From NCBI GenBank assembly GCA_044370795.1, contig JBILUW010000001.1, positions 1-54,469 on the forward strand: DNA of 54,469 nucleotides. Reading direction: 5' to 3'. The DNA is from Burkholderiaceae bacterium (GTDB taxonomy: Bacteria > Pseudomonadota > Gammaproteobacteria > Burkholderiales > Burkholderiaceae_E). Both the position numbers and the translations under genes were made by a program. Each line of letters begins with the position of its first letter. Within the stretch, counting starts at the first letter, position 1. The notes under the pieces are model-generated. The model was given only the letters and a program-made list of their open reading frames with translations. It searched no databases and was not told the origin of the DNA. Below are positions 10,368 through 21,922 of the stretch, piece after piece.

Positions 10368-10440
10368 AGCCGACGTCCGCGGGCGGGTCAGTGCGGCGCG
10401 TCGGGGCGCCCGCCAGCCGGCTCGGCCCGTGTCTGCCTGC

Positions 10441-11499
10441 TCAGAGCCTGAGGGGCGCCGCGTAGCCCGTCAGTTCGAGGTAGCCGCGGCCCGCAGGCTT
10501 GCCCGCCTCGAGCACCCTGACCGCGCCCTCCCAGTAATGCCCGCCGGTGCTTGCGCGCGCATCGAGTTCCTGATCGTCGAGCAGCGGCTCGAGCGTGACG
10601 ATGCGCCCGTCGATCGCGATGCGCATGGCCACCGGATAGATGCCGGGGCTGCGCGGGGAGCGCCAGGTGCGCAGCGTCTCGAATCGCACCTCGGCAGCCG
10701 CCCGGGGCCTGCCGCTCCAGCGCGCGTGCGACCACAGCACCGATCCGTCGCGGCCGCGGATCCGGAAGGCCATCAACGAGGAGCCGTCGTCGAAGTTGAT
10801 GCCGGCCCAGTCCCAGCCGGCGGCGCGCGGGTCGAGCACCTCGGAGGACCACTCGTGATCGAGCCACGCGACGCCGCCATCGACCGGCAGCGTGCGCGAA
10901 CCCAGGCGCACCGATCCTCCGACGCGCAGCTGCGGCCGGCTGTAGTAGTGGCTGGCCTGCGCGGTCTGGGGGCCCTTGCGGGAGTAACCCTCTTCGCCCT
11001 GCAGCCACGGGGGCCCGGGCGGGGCGAGCGTAAGGTCGACCGACAGCTCGCTGCCTGGCGCCCGCGCACGATAGGCGTCGGTGGCATCACGCCGCAGCGT
11101 CCAGTCGCCCAGCCGCAGATCGGTGTCGGCGAGCCCGATGCCGGTGTCGGCGAATCCCGCGCGCGCCGCCCGCTGTTCGTGGCGCAACCGTCCGTGCGCC
11201 GCATCGGCCAGCGCCACGTGCGCAAGCAGCAGCTGATGCGGCGCGAACCGGCTCGGATTGGCCGGATCGTGTCCGGTGCGGCTGCGAAAGAAGGTGATCT
11301 GCACCCCCAGGTCGCGGCCGGCGCAGCGCAGCCACCCCGTCACGTACCACCACTCGGTGCGGTGGCCGAGGTGAGCGCCATGATCGCGCGGAAAGCGCAG
11401 CCGGTAGGCCGGCGTGACGGGCTCGAAAGCAGCCGCATGCGCGATCGCGCTGGGCGCTGCGAGCAGCCCGGCCAGGCTCGCGCGGCGCAGCCGGTTCAC
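10441..11499 (-). CDS. Lipocalin-like AttH / CrtC-like (carotenoid 1,2-hydratase family) exported protein
   Basis: FPRDHGAH...TEWWYVTG; SHYYSRP; AWLDHEWSS; GWDWAGI; DQELD; YWEGAV; GYLELTGY. The GTG start overlaps the permease stop and the N-terminus is RR plus a hydrophobic stretch. Confidence 0.85.
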   Translation of the reverse strand: MNRLRRASLAGLLAAPSAIAHAAAFEPVTPAYRLRFPRDHGAHLGHRTEWWYVTGWLRCAGRDLGVQITFFRSRTGHDPANPSRFAPHQLLLAHVALADAAHGRLRHEQRAARAGFADTGIGLADTDLRLGDWTLRRDATDAYRARAPGSELSVDLTLAPPGPPWLQGEEGYSRKGPQTAQASHYYSRPQLRVGGSVRLGSRTLPVDGGVAWLDHEWSSEVLDPRAAGWDWAGINFDDGSSLMAFRIRGRDGSVLWSHARWSGRPRAAAEVRFETLRTWRSPRSPGIYPVAMRIAIDGRIVTLEPLLDDQELDARASTGGHYWEGAVRVLEAGKPAGRGYLELTGYAAPLRL

Positions 11500-14081
11500 C
11501 AGTCGTCCCTTACCGCGCGGATTGGCGAGGTACCACTTGCGCCGCGGCTGGCCAGCACCGCGGCCAGCGTGCCGAGCGCGACCAGCGCCGCCGCGCTGCC
11601 GGCGAGCACCGGCATGGGCCAGTGCATCGTCATCGTCCAGTGGAATGACTGCGGATTGACCCGGTGGACCAGGATGGCGGCAATCACAGCCCCCAGGGCG
11701 GCCCCCCACACCACGCCGCAGGCTATCAGCGCGGCCGACTCGATGCCGAACATGCCGGCGACCTGCGCGCGCGTGACGCCGAGATGGCGCAGCACCCCGA
11801 ACTCGCGCGCCCGCGCCAGCGCCTGCCCGGCATAGGTGGCTGCCACCCCGAACAGGCCGACGGCAATCGCGATGGCCTCCAGCACCCGTGTGATCGCGAA
11901 GCTGCGGTCGAAGATGCGCAACGACAGCTCGCGCAGTTCGCGAGAACTGCGCCATTCGAGGGCATCCGGATCGCCCAGCCGCGCGCGCAGGCGACCGATC
12001 AGGACGGCTTCGTCGGCACCCTGGCCGAGCCGCAGCGCCACGTCGGAGACCAGCCGATCACCGGTGAGCTCGATGTAGTCGCCGCGGTCGAGGACGACCG
12101 CTCCGTGCTGGCGGGCGTAGTCGCGCCACACGCCAGCGACCCGGAAGGCGCGCAGACCGCCACCCAGCGGCAACTCGAGCAGGCTGCCCGGGCGCAGACC
12201 GTAAAGCTCGCTCATCGGCTCGCTGACCCATGCTGCGCGTTCGCCTGCGCCGACGGCCGCGATGGGGCCCACCATCGGCAGGCTGCGGTGCGGCGCGTCG
12301 CGGTCGACGTCGCGGGCCAGCACGCCCACCGGCGGCCGCTCGGGCGCGAGGCCGATCTCGAGGCTGCGCAGGAACCGCGCTTCGGCGACGCCTTCGGTGG
12401 CGGCGATGGCCGCCTGCCATTCGGGGCTGATGCCGCCGCCTGGCGCGCGGCTTGCCAGACGACCATAGACGTCGGCAGGCAAGACGGCATCGAGCCAGTC
12501 GGCCACCGAGTGGCGAAAGCTGTCGACCATGATCGTCATTGCGCTCGACAGCGCGAAGCTGGCGACGATTCCGGCCAGGGCAACGGCCGCCGCCTGCGGT
12601 GAGCCACGCAGGCGCTGCAGCGCGAGCCAGCCTCCGGGAGAACGCCAGAGGGCCGGCAGCGCTGCGGCGGCCAGCGTCGCCATGGCGCTGGCCAGGGGCC
12701 CGACCAGGGCGATGCCCGCCAGCAGCCAGCAGGCGATCGCCGCGTACGCCGGCATCGGCAGACCCGCCACGGGGGGCAGCGCGGCGAGCAGAGCGCCGGC
12801 CAGTGCGAACGCGGCAGCCGCGGCGATCGCCCGTCCCGGGCGGCCCCCGGAGGGCTCGCCCGCCTGGCGAAGCACGCGCACCGGTGGCTCGCGTCGGGCG
12901 GCCAGCGCCGGGCCGATGCTGGCCAGCGCGGCAACGCCCACGCCCAGCAGCGCGTAAGCCGCCACCGCGATGCCGTCGACGGTCAGCGTGGCCGGGCGCC
13001 CGCTGAAGTAGCCGCCGCCCAGATCGGTGCCGACGGTGGCCAGCAGCAGCCCGGCCAGCCCGAGGCCGGCCAGCGCCCCCAGCGCAGCGCCCAGCACCCC
13101 GAGCAGCAGGCCCTGCGCGAGGACGGCCGCGAGCACGAAACGCGGTGATGCGCCCAGCATCGCGACGAGGGCGAGCACCGGCATCTGCCGGGCGACGGCC
13201 AGCGTGAGCGTGGCGTGGACGATGAAGCCGCCGGTGAGCAGCGCGACGAGCGCGAGGACCGAGAGGTTGACCCGGTAGGCGCGCGAGAGATTCGACATGC
13301 GCTGCTCGCTCGCCTTCGGCGTGACCCAGGCGACGTCGGCCGGCAGGCGCGATGCCCAGGCGGCGCCGACCACGGCCGGGTCGTGTCCTTCGGCGACCCG
13401 CACATCGATGCGTGAGAGCCGCCCCAGCCAGCCCAGCCGCCACTGCAGCGCGCCCAGATCCATCACGGCCAGCGCCTCGCCACCCGCCGCGCCGGCGAGC
13501 CTTCCGGCAACGCGCAGCCGCACGAGCAAGCCGCCGTGGCGCAGTGCGAGCACCTCGCCAGGGCGGGTCTGCCAGGCGCGCATCGCGGCATCGGAGAGAA
13601 AGATGGCGTCGTCGGCGAAGAGATCGGACAGCGAGCCGCCGGCGTCGCCGCCCGACGGCAGCAGGCCCGGGGTGACGGGCGCGGCCCGCATCGGGTCCAG
13701 GCCGAGCACCCGCAGGCTGCGGCCGTCGTGCGACAGGCTGGTCTCGACGATCGGGCTGGCGGCCGCGATGGCCGGGTCGCCCAGGACCTGGTCGAACAGG
13801 CGCTCGTCGAAACCCGTTGCGCGCGCACCGATGCTCGCATGCGCCTCGCCATTGACCACCGCCAGCGCGCGGCCGAACTCGCCGACGGCGCTGCGGTTGA
13901 CCAGGTGGATCGCAAGCGCCAGGCACACGCCGATGCCGATCGCGAGCACTGCGCAGGCGAGTCGACCGGGCTGCGAACGCCATGGGCCGAGCAGCAGCCA
14001 GCGCAGCAGGACGAGCCGCGGGCGCAGGCCGCCGCTGGCCGGTCGGACCAGCGTATCAAAGGGCGCGCAGGCGGCCGTCAT
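11496..14081 (-). CDS. ABC transporter permease with two FtsX/MacB-like repeats (AttFG-like)
   Basis: 861 aa; two large periplasmic loops, each followed by a TM bundle; RAREFGVLRHLG; VNPQSFHWT. Confidence 0.88.
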   Translation of the reverse strand: MTAACAPFDTLVRPASGGLRPRLVLLRWLLLGPWRSQPGRLACAVLAIGIGVCLALAIHLVNRSAVGEFGRALAVVNGEAHASIGARATGFDERLFDQVLGDPAIAAASPIVETSLSHDGRSLRVLGLDPMRAAPVTPGLLPSGGDAGGSLSDLFADDAIFLSDAAMRAWQTRPGEVLALRHGGLLVRLRVAGRLAGAAGGEALAVMDLGALQWRLGWLGRLSRIDVRVAEGHDPAVVGAAWASRLPADVAWVTPKASEQRMSNLSRAYRVNLSVLALVALLTGGFIVHATLTLAVARQMPVLALVAMLGASPRFVLAAVLAQGLLLGVLGAALGALAGLGLAGLLLATVGTDLGGGYFSGRPATLTVDGIAVAAYALLGVGVAALASIGPALAARREPPVRVLRQAGEPSGGRPGRAIAAAAAFALAGALLAALPPVAGLPMPAYAAIACWLLAGIALVGPLASAMATLAAAALPALWRSPGGWLALQRLRGSPQAAAVALAGIVASFALSSAMTIMVDSFRHSVADWLDAVLPADVYGRLASRAPGGGISPEWQAAIAATEGVAEARFLRSLEIGLAPERPPVGVLARDVDRDAPHRSLPMVGPIAAVGAGERAAWVSEPMSELYGLRPGSLLELPLGGGLRAFRVAGVWRDYARQHGAVVLDRGDYIELTGDRLVSDVALRLGQGADEAVLIGRLRARLGDPDALEWRSSRELRELSLRIFDRSFAITRVLEAIAIAVGLFGVAATYAGQALARAREFGVLRHLGVTRAQVAGMFGIESAALIACGVVWGAALGAVIAAILVHRVNPQSFHWTMTMHWPMPVLAGSAAALVALGTLAAVLASRGASGTSPIRAVRDDW

Positions 14082-14793
14082 CGAGTGCGAGCCGGCGGGT
14101 GCAGACCGCGGCGGCCTGCATCGAGTGGGTGACCATCAGCAGCGCGGCCCCTGCTGCGGCGGTCTCCTCGGCGAGCAGGGCCAGCGCCCGCGCCGCCGAG
14201 GCGGGGTCGAGGTTGCCGGTGGGTTCGTCGGCGAGCACGAGGGCAGGGCGGTGCACCAGGGCGCGTGCCAGCGCCACGCGCTGCTGTTCGCCGCCGGAGA
14301 GTTCGCGCGGCATGCTGTGATGGCGGCCGGCCAGGCCCAGCCTGTCGAGCAGCGCGCCGGCCCTGGCCAGCGCGGTGGGACGGTCGGTGCCCAGCAGCAG
14401 CAGCGGGACGGCGACGTTGTGCAGCAGGCTCAGATGCCCGATCAGGTGGAACGCCTGGAAGACGAAGCCCACGGTGCGCGCGCGCAACCGGGCGCTGGCG
14501 TCGGGGTTGCGGCCGTCCATGGTGTGTCCGCAGACCTCGACGACGCCCTCGTCGGCGTGGTCGAGGCCGGCGATCAGGTGCAGCAGGGTCGACTTGCCCG
14601 ACCCCGATTCACCGAGCAGCGCCACCCGTTCGCCAGCCACGATGGTCAGCGACGCCTCGCGCAGCACCCAGCGCTCGCCGAGCCTGCGACCCACGCCCTC
14701 GAGGCGCAGCACCACGGGCGCAGCCCCATCGGGCTCGGCGGGCGCGCGCGGGCCGGATCGGCCGTCGGCGCCCGGTGGATCGCCGGCGGTCAT
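14056..14793 (-). CDS. ABC transporter ATP-binding protein (LolD/AttE-like)
   Basis: Walker A GESGSGKST; GFVFQAFHL; LSGGEQQRVALARA; LADEPTGNLD; VTH. Confidence 0.93.
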   Translation of the reverse strand: MTAGDPPGADGRSGPRAPAEPDGAAPVVLRLEGVGRRLGERWVLREASLTIVAGERVALLGESGSGKSTLLHLIAGLDHADEGVVEVCGHTMDGRNPDASARLRARTVGFVFQAFHLIGHLSLLHNVAVPLLLLGTDRPTALARAGALLDRLGLAGRHHSMPRELSGGEQQRVALARALVHRPALVLADEPTGNLDPASAARALALLAEETAAAGAALLMVTHSMQAAAVCTRRLALDDGRLRAL

Positions 14794-14805
14794 GGGCTGT
14801 CGGGA

Positions 14806-15621
14806 CTAGCCTGCGGCCGGCGCGCCAGGTTCCGGATCGCCGCCCACGCCGCTCATGACGGCGTTGAATCCGCCATCGACGTAGGTGATCTCGGCGGTGA
14901 TGCCGGCCGCCATGTCGGACAGCAGGAAGGCCGCCGCATTGCCGACGTCGTCGATGGTGACGTTGCGCCGCAGGGGGGCGTTGCCCTCGACCAGCGAGAG
15001 CATCCGCGAGAAGCCCTTGATGCCGCTGGCCGCCAGCGTGCGGATCGGCCCGGCCGAGATGCCGTTGACCCGGATGCCGCGCGGCCCCAGGCTCTCGGCG
15101 AGGTAGCGCACCGCCGCCTCGAGGCTGGCCTTGGCCAGGCCCATGGTGTTGTAGTTGGGCACCATGCGCTCGGCGCCCAGATAGGTGAGGGTGAGCAGTG
15201 CGGCCTGGCGCCCCTGCATCATCGGAAACGCCGCCTTGGCCAGCGCGGCGAAGCTGTAGCTCGAGATGTCGTGCGCGACCCGGAAGGCCTCGCGCGACAG
15301 GCCGTCGAGGAAGTCGCCGGCGATCGCCTCGCGCGGGGCGAAGGCGATGGCGTGCACCAGCCCGTCGAGCCCGTCCCAGCGCTGGCCGAGCTCGGCGAAG
15401 AGCGCCGCGATCTGCGCGTCGTCGGCGACGTCGCAGGGCAGCACGATGTCGGAGCCGAAATCGGCCGCCATCTCGACGACGCGCCCGCGAAAGCGCTCGT
15501 TCTGGTAGGTGAAGGCGAGGTCGGCGCCTTGCTCGCGGCACGCCCTGGCCACGCCGTAGGCGATGGAGCGGTTCGAGAGCAGGCCCGTGATCAGGATGCG
15601 CTTGCCGGCGAGGATGCCCAT
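14806..15621 (-). CDS. fabI: Enoyl-ACP reductase FabI
   Basis: [23 protein letters not shown]; [12 protein letters not shown]; [14 protein letters not shown]; YVDGG. Confidence 0.97.
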   Translation of the reverse strand: MGILAGKRILITGLLSNRSIAYGVARACREQGADLAFTYQNERFRGRVVEMAADFGSDIVLPCDVADDAQIAALFAELGQRWDGLDGLVHAIAFAPREAIAGDFLDGLSREAFRVAHDISSYSFAALAKAAFPMMQGRQAALLTLTYLGAERMVPNYNTMGLAKASLEAAVRYLAESLGPRGIRVNGISAGPIRTLAASGIKGFSRMLSLVEGNAPLRRNVTIDDVGNAAAFLLSDMAAGITAEITYVDGGFNAVMSGVGGDPEPGAPAAG

Positions 15622-15765
15622 GTCGAGTCCCTGTCGCGGCGGTCGGTCGGCTATTGCTAAATCTCTCGATTCTCGCACGCCGCGGCGCTGCGGCCGGTGC
15701 TTGGCCCGGTCGATCTTCGGCATACAATCCGGCGCTGGCCCAGGCCCCTCATTTCCGGAGTACCC

Positions 15766-16557
15766 ATGCCCGATCGTCGCCCGCCGGCCAGCCGCTGGCG
15801 CCCGAGCGCGAGAGTTCTCGCGTCGGCCATGGCCGTGTGCCTGCTGCCGGCGGCTGCGCTCGCTGCCGATTCGCCGGTCGACAACCCCTACGGTCTGGCA
15901 GCGCTGTGGGCCGGATCCGACCTGGTGGCCAAGGCGGTTCTGGTGATCATGCTGCTGATGTCGATGGCCAGCTGGTACGTGATGATCACGCGCGCCCTCG
16001 AGCAGTCGCGCATGCTCAGGCAGGCCCGGGCCGCGCGCCAGACCGACTGGCGCATCCCGCATCCGGGCAGTGCCGTGGCTGCCCTCGAATCCGGCAGCCC
16101 TTTCCGCCACGTCGGCGAAGCGGCCCTCGATGCCGTGAATCGTCATGCGGCGGTGGCCGCCCGGATCTCGTTCAACGACTGGCTTGCGCTCGCGCTGCAG
16201 CGCGCCGCCGACCGGGTTCAGGCGCGCATGCAGCAGGGTCTGGCGCTGCTGGCCACCGTGGGGTCCACCAGCCCTTTCATCGGACTGTTCGGCACGGTCT
16301 GGGGCATCTATCACGCCCTGACCGCGATCGGCGTCGCCGGGCAGGCCTCGATCGACAAGGTCGCGGGCCCGGTGGGCGAGGCGCTCATCATGACCGCCAT
16401 TGGTCTGGCGGTCGCGGTGCCGGCGGTGCTGGGCTACAACTGGCTGGTGCGTCGCAACCGGGTCGTGATGGACGCGGTGCGCGGCTTTGCTGCCGATCTG
16501 CATGCCGGCCTGCTCGCCGGCGACGGGCCGCAGGGGCCGGGCAAGGCCGAGACCTGA
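15766..16557 (+). CDS. exbB: MotA/TolQ/ExbB proton channel protein
   Basis: [20 protein letters not shown]; [27 protein letters not shown]. Confidence 0.9.
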   Translation: MPDRRPPASRWRPSARVLASAMAVCLLPAAALAADSPVDNPYGLAALWAGSDLVAKAVLVIMLLMSMASWYVMITRALEQSRMLRQARAARQTDWRIPHPGSAVAALESGSPFRHVGEAALDAVNRHAAVAARISFNDWLALALQRAADRVQARMQQGLALLATVGSTSPFIGLFGTVWGIYHALTAIGVAGQASIDKVAGPVGEALIMTAIGLAVAVPAVLGYNWLVRRNRVVMDAVRGFAADLHAGLLAGDGPQGPGKAET

Positions 16558-16560
16558 ACC

Positions 16561-16992
16561 ATGGCCATGGCCCCGTTGACCCAGGGCGAGGCCGACGACG
16601 AGATCGTGTCGGCCATCAACACCACGCCGCTGGTCGACGTGATGCTGGTGCTGCTGATCATCTTCCTGATCACCATCCCCGTGGTCACCACCTCCATTCC
16701 CGTGCAGCTGCCGCGCGAGCGGGTCGAGGTCCGCGAGACCCGGCCCGAGAACGTCGTCATCTCGGTCGACCGCGAGGGGCGTATCTTCTGGCACGACTCG
16801 CGCCTGCCCGACGCGGCGGCCCTGACGCGTCGGCTCGAGTCCATCGCCGGCCGTCAGCCGCAGCCGGAGGTCCAGATACGCGGCGATCTCGACGCCACCT
16901 ACGAGCAGGTCGGGCGGGTGTTGCACGCCTGCCAGAGGGCTGGCATCGCGAAGGTGTCCTTCATCACCGAGCCGCCCGCCAGAGGCCGCTGA
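16561..16992 (+). CDS. exbD: Biopolymer transporter ExbD (copy 1)
   Basis: [20 protein letters not shown] with the conserved TM Asp; IRGD...YEQVGRVL. Confidence 0.92.
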   Translation: MAMAPLTQGEADDEIVSAINTTPLVDVMLVLLIIFLITIPVVTTSIPVQLPRERVEVRETRPENVVISVDREGRIFWHDSRLPDAAALTRRLESIAGRQPQPEVQIRGDLDATYEQVGRVLHACQRAGIAKVSFITEPPARGR

Positions 16993-16993
16993 C

Positions 16994-17409
16994 ATGGGTC
17001 CGCTGCGCGACGCGTCCGACGAACCCCAGGTGCTCACCGAGATCAACACCACGCCCCTGATCGACGTGATGCTGGTTTTGCTGATCATGCTGATCGTCAC
17101 GATCCCCATCCAGCTGCATTCCGTCGATCTGGCCATGCCTTCAGGTCAGACGCCGCCGGCTGACAAGCCCGTCGTGATCCGCGTCGAGATCGATCGACAG
17201 GGCACGGTCTGGTGGGACGCGCAGGCTCTCGCCGGGCCCGCCGAACTCCAGGCCCGGCTGCAGGAAGCGGCGGCCCGCCCGGTGCAGCCCGAGCTGCACC
17301 TGCGCCCCGACCGGCAGGCGCGCTACGAGGTGGTCGCGGCGGTGCTCGCAGCCTCGCAGCGGGCCGGCGTCACGCGCATCGGCATACTCGGCGCCGAACA
17401 GTTCGCGCA

Positions 17410-17413
<4 letters not shown>
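16994..17413 (+). CDS. exbD: Biopolymer transporter ExbD (copy 2)
   Basis: [20 protein letters not shown]; [15 protein letters not shown]. Confidence 0.92.
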
Positions 17414-18159
<746 letters not shown>

Positions 18160-18179
18160 GCCGAACCCCGCCCAGAGGT

Positions 18180-20084
18180 TCAGGTGCGGCTGGCCATCCG
18201 CACGCGCGTGACGGTATCGGGCCGGTGCGCCGGCCGGCTGCGCGCGGCATCGCGGGAGGACGCCGCTTTGCGGGCGCTGGCCGGGGTAGCTGCGGCCCGG
18301 CCCGATTCGGCGCGCGGCGCGGCGCGCGCAGCGGCCTTGCCCGGCGTGCTCGCGGCAGGGCGGGTGGGCGCGGCGGCTGCCGTGGCTGCCGCAGCGGCAA
18401 CCTGCGGCCGCGCCTGAGGCACCACGGAGCGCTCGCCGTCCTCGGTGGTCAGCAGGGTCTGGGTGCCGCCCTGCTGCACCAGCAGGCGGGCGCCGCGCGG
18501 AGCCGTGTCGCGCAGACCGTTCCAGGCCGCGAGCGTAGCCACCGGGACCTTGTAGCGGCTGGCGATGGAAGCCAGTGATTCGCGCTTGCCCACGGTGTGG
18601 TAGCGCGCAGGCCGCTCGACCTGCTCGTAGATGCGGGGGGCGACGAAACGCTCGATGCGCTCCTCGTCGACCCTCGCGCCGGCCTGCGGGGCAAGCAGCT
18701 GGGTTCCGGGCATGATGCGCGAGCCCTCCCGCAGCCCGTTGGCCTTGCGCAGTTCGGCAACGCTCACGCCGCGCATGCGGGCGAGGTCGTCGAGGCTCTC
18801 GCCCTGCTTGAGGGTGTAGGGCTCCCAGGTGGCGAAGGCTTTGCTTTCGGCCTCGTGGCGTTCCAGTTCGGCACGAAAGCGCTCGACCCGGTCGGCCGGC
18901 AGCTTGATCTGGTTGTTGCGCGTGGCCGAGATGACCGGCCGGTTGTGTGCCGGATTGAGCGCCGCGAACTCGTCGATCGACAGTCCGGCAAAGCGGGCGG
19001 CAAGGTCGCGGTCGATCGGGCGGGTCTTCTCGATGGCGACGAAATACGGCCTGTTCGGCAGGGCGGGCAACGCGACCCCCAGACGCTCGGCGTTCTGCAC
19101 CAGGTTCTTCAGCGCCATCAGCTTGGGAACGTAATGCCGGGTTTCGTTCGGCATCGTCAGGTTCAGGTAGTCGGCCGGGCGGCCGGCCGCCTGGTTGCGG
19201 CGAACCGCCCGCCCCACCGCGCCTTCGCCCCAGTTGTAGGAGGCCAGCGCGAGGAACCAGTCGTTGCCGTGCATCGCGTAGATCCGCTGCAGGTAGTCCA
19301 GCGCCGCGCGCGTCGATTGCACGACGTCGCGACGGTTGTCCACCCACCAGTCCTGGCGCAGGTCGTACGCGCGGCCCGTGGAGGGTATGAACTGCCACAG
19401 ACCGGCCGCCTGCGCCGTCGACAGCGCGATCGGATTCATGGCGCTCTCGACGAATGGCAGCAGCGCCAACTCGGTGGGCATGCCGCGCTTCTCGATCTCC
19501 TCGACGATGAAGAACAGGTAGCGGCCGCCTCGGGCGAACATGCGTTGCAGGTAGTCGGGCTTGGAGAGGTAGAAGCGCTCCTTCTCGGCCACCAGCGGCG
19601 AGGCGAGTTCGGGCATCGCGAAACCCGCCCGGATGCGAGCCCACAGGTCGGCGTGGATGTCGGGGGCGGAGCCGCCGATGGTTGTCGGCTCGATGGGCAG
19701 GGCGCCATCGGACGGCAGTGCTGCGATCGGGAAGACGGTTGCAACCGCGGCAGTCGCAGGCGCCCTGGGGCCGCCGGGTGCGGCGGCCGGCGTATCGGTG
19801 GTCGCCTGCTCGCTCGCCCGCGCGGCGCCGGTCGGCCCCCTCGACTCGGTGAAAGACGGGGCTGCCGGGGCTGCCGCGGGCGCGAGGGCTGCCGGGGCTG
19901 CCGCGGGCGCGAGGGCTGCCGGGGCCGCAAGCGCGGTGCCGGTCGGGATGGGCGTGGCAACCGCAGGGCGGGCGATGTCGGGGCCGGCGCCCATGCTCGC
20001 GCAGCCTGTGGCCAGGACCGCAAGCACCGCCATCAGCGACGCGCGCCATACGCCAGCTGCCAAGGACTTGTCAGAAAACTTCAA
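18180..20084 (-). CDS. mltD: Membrane-bound lytic murein transglycosylase D (SLT + LysM domains)
   Basis: Lipobox LATGC; LLPFVESAMNP; AAGLWQFIPSTG; ALASYNWGEG; ETRHYVPKL; two LysM repeats; adjacent to gloB. Confidence 0.92.
   Translation of the reverse strand: MKFSDKSLAAGVWRASLMAVLAVLATGCASMGAGPDIARPAVATPIPTGTALAAPAALAPAAAPAALAPAAAPAAPSFTESRGPTGAARASEQATTDTPAAAPGGPRAPATAAVATVFPIAALPSDGALPIEPTTIGGSAPDIHADLWARIRAGFAMPELASPLVAEKERFYLSKPDYLQRMFARGGRYLFFIVEEIEKRGMPTELALLPFVESAMNPIALSTAQAAGLWQFIPSTGRAYDLRQDWWVDNRRDVVQSTRAALDYLQRIYAMHGNDWFLALASYNWGEGAVGRAVRRNQAAGRPADYLNLTMPNETRHYVPKLMALKNLVQNAERLGVALPALPNRPYFVAIEKTRPIDRDLAARFAGLSIDEFAALNPAHNRPVISATRNNQIKLPADRVERFRAELERHEAESKAFATWEPYTLKQGESLDDLARMRGVSVAELRKANGLREGSRIMPGTQLLAPQAGARVDEERIERFVAPRIYEQVERPARYHTVGKRESLASIASRYKVPVATLAAWNGLRDTAPRGARLLVQQGGTQTLLTTEDGERSVVPQARPQVAAAAATAAAAPTRPAASTPGKAAARAAPRAESGRAAATPASARKAASSRDAARSRPAHRPDTVTRVRMASRT
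19861..19925. repeat. 27-bp tandem repeat (about 2.4 copies) in the mltD N-terminal linker
   Basis: gctgccggggctgccgcgggcgcgagg at 19861 and 19888, with a partial copy at 19915; encodes LAPAAAPAA units. Confidence 0.85.
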
Positions 20085-20170
20085 GGAGGATCCTCAAGAT
20101 CATGATTTTTTTGGCTTATTGCCGCGGGCGCATGCTAGGTGAGCAAGCGCCGCCGGTCAAGGCCGGCGGC

Positions 20171-20998
20171 TCAGCGGAACCCGTTCTTCCATTCGCGGAT
20201 GGCCGCGAAGCAGTCGACATCGGATGCCGGCTCATGGCCCAGGCGGCTGGCGGCCGCGCGACGCACGGTGGCCGCGTCGGCGCGCAGGAACGGGTTGGTG
20301 TCGTGCTCGATGCCCAGCAGCGACGGCACGGTTGCCTCGCCCCGGGCCCGGCGTGCGGCGGCATGGTCGATGCGCGCCCGCAGCAGGGCGTTGTCCGGCT
20401 CGACTGCGGCGGCAAAGCGCAGATTCGACTGGGTGTACTCGTGGGCGCAGTAGACGAGCGATGCCGCCGGCAGGGCGGCCAGGCGCCGCAGCGAGGTGAG
20501 CATCTGTGCCGGCGTGCCCTCGAAGACGCGGCCGCAGCCCCCCGCGAAGAGGGTGTCGCCGCAGAACAGCGCCGGCCGGCCGTCATCGGGCATGGCCTTG
20601 CAGAAATAGGCGATGTGTCCGCGGGTGTGACCGGGCACGGCGAGCACCTCGAATTCAATCCCCAGTCCGGGCGGCATCACCCGGTCGCCGTCGTCCAGGG
20701 GGTGATCGACTCCCGGGATGGCTTCGACGCGGGGCCCATAAACCGGACAGCCCCAGGAGGCCTTCAGCTGTGACACGCCGCCCGCGTGGTCGGGATGGTG
20801 ATGAGTGAGTAGAATCGCGCCCAGCCTGAGGCGGTGCTCGCGCAGAGCCACCTCGATGGCGTCAGCGTCGCCCGGATCGACCGCGGTAGCGCTCAGGCCG
20901 TCGGCGCTCCGAATGAGCCACAGGTAGTTGTCCGAGAACGCGGGCACCGTCACGACGCTCGCGTGCGCGGGTGGGCAGAACAGATGCTGATCGGTCAC
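20171..20998 (-). CDS. gloB: Hydroxyacylglutathione hydrolase (glyoxalase II)
   Basis: PAFSDNYLW; THHHPDHAGG; PGHTRGHI; FCGDTLFAGGCGRVFEG; CAHEYT; NPFLR. Start (GTG 20998) uncertain. Confidence 0.94.
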   Translation of the reverse strand: MTDQHLFCPPAHASVVTVPAFSDNYLWLIRSADGLSATAVDPGDADAIEVALREHRLRLGAILLTHHHPDHAGGVSQLKASWGCPVYGPRVEAIPGVDHPLDDGDRVMPPGLGIEFEVLAVPGHTRGHIAYFCKAMPDDGRPALFCGDTLFAGGCGRVFEGTPAQMLTSLRRLAALPAASLVYCAHEYTQSNLRFAAAVEPDNALLRARIDHAAARRARGEATVPSLLGIEHDTNPFLRADAATVRRAAASRLGHEPASDVDCFAAIREWKNGFR

Positions 20999-21052
20999 GT
21001 TGGAACTCCCGGTGGCGGGCGCATTGTCGCAGCGGATTATAAGGACGGGTTC

Positions 21053-21922
21053 TTGAGCGCAGGCGACGCGATTTCCTGGCCGGCCTGGCTGGATTCGCCC
21101 AGCGGCCGCTACCTGCTCGCCTGGGAGCAGCGCCAGTGCGACCTCCTGGTCGAGGACGTGTTCGGCTTCTACGCCGTCCAGTGTGGCATGCCGGCGCTCG
21201 AGGGGCTCAGGGCGAGCCGGATCGCGCGGCGCATCCGAGCCTGGAGTCTGCGTGACGGACTGCCGAGCGCCGCCCCTTGCACCGCGGGCCAGGCCGAGAC
21301 CGAGGTGGCGCAAGCCCCGGCCGGCGTGCGCGTCGAGCACTTCGCCGAACTGCCCTTCGGCGCCCAGACACTCGACCTTCTCGTCCTGCCGCACGTGCTC
21401 GAGTTCGCACCCGATCCCCACGCCGTGCTGCGCGAGGCCGACCGGGTGCTGCGTCCCGAGGGACGGCTCGTGGTCACCGGGCTCAATCCGGTCAGCCTCT
21501 GGGGAGCCCGCGGGTTGCTTCCCGGCTGGGTGGCGAGTCCGTTCCTGCCCGCGCACGATCAGCTCATCGCGCCGCCGCGGCTGCGCGACTGGCTCAAGTT
21601 GCTCTCCTTCGAGTCCGAACGCCTTGCGCACGGCTGTTATCGGCCCGCATGCCGTACCCAGAGCGGCCTCGACCGCAGCGCCTTCCTCGAGCGCGCGGGC
21701 GACCGCTGGTGGCCGATCTGCGGCGCGGTCTACGCGCTGTCGGCCGTCAAGCGGGTGCGTGCGATGCGCATGGTTGGGCCGCTGCGCCGGCGCGCCGGTG
21801 CCGCCGCGCCGGTGGCTGCAGCCGGCACCCGGCGCAGCGCAGCCGAGACCTGCGATGCCCGCGCGCGGCCGCCCAGCGCCTGCGCTGGCCGACCATCCGA
21901 CATGTCAGGATCTTCCTCATGA
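21053..21922 (+). CDS. Class I SAM-dependent methyltransferase (YafS-like)
   Basis: [15 protein letters not shown]; [29 protein letters not shown]; NPVSLWG; conserved position between gloB and rnhA. Confidence 0.85.
   Translation: MSAGDAISWPAWLDSPSGRYLLAWEQRQCDLLVEDVFGFYAVQCGMPALEGLRASRIARRIRAWSLRDGLPSAAPCTAGQAETEVAQAPAGVRVEHFAELPFGAQTLDLLVLPHVLEFAPDPHAVLREADRVLRPEGRLVVTGLNPVSLWGARGLLPGWVASPFLPAHDQLIAPPRLRDWLKLLSFESERLAHGCYRPACRTQSGLDRSAFLERAGDRWWPICGAVYALSAVKRVRAMRMVGPLRRRAGAAAPVAAAGTRRSAAETCDARARPPSACAGRPSDMSGSSS

Noticed and set aside
10441-11499. Carotenoid biosynthesis (crtC) locus
   Set aside because: No other crt genes are present; the context is the ABC-associated AttH-like subfamily.
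14806-17136. 776-aa ORF suggesting a large N-terminal fusion to FabI
   Set aside because: The extension is the antisense shadow of exbB/exbD; FabI homology starts at ATG 15621.
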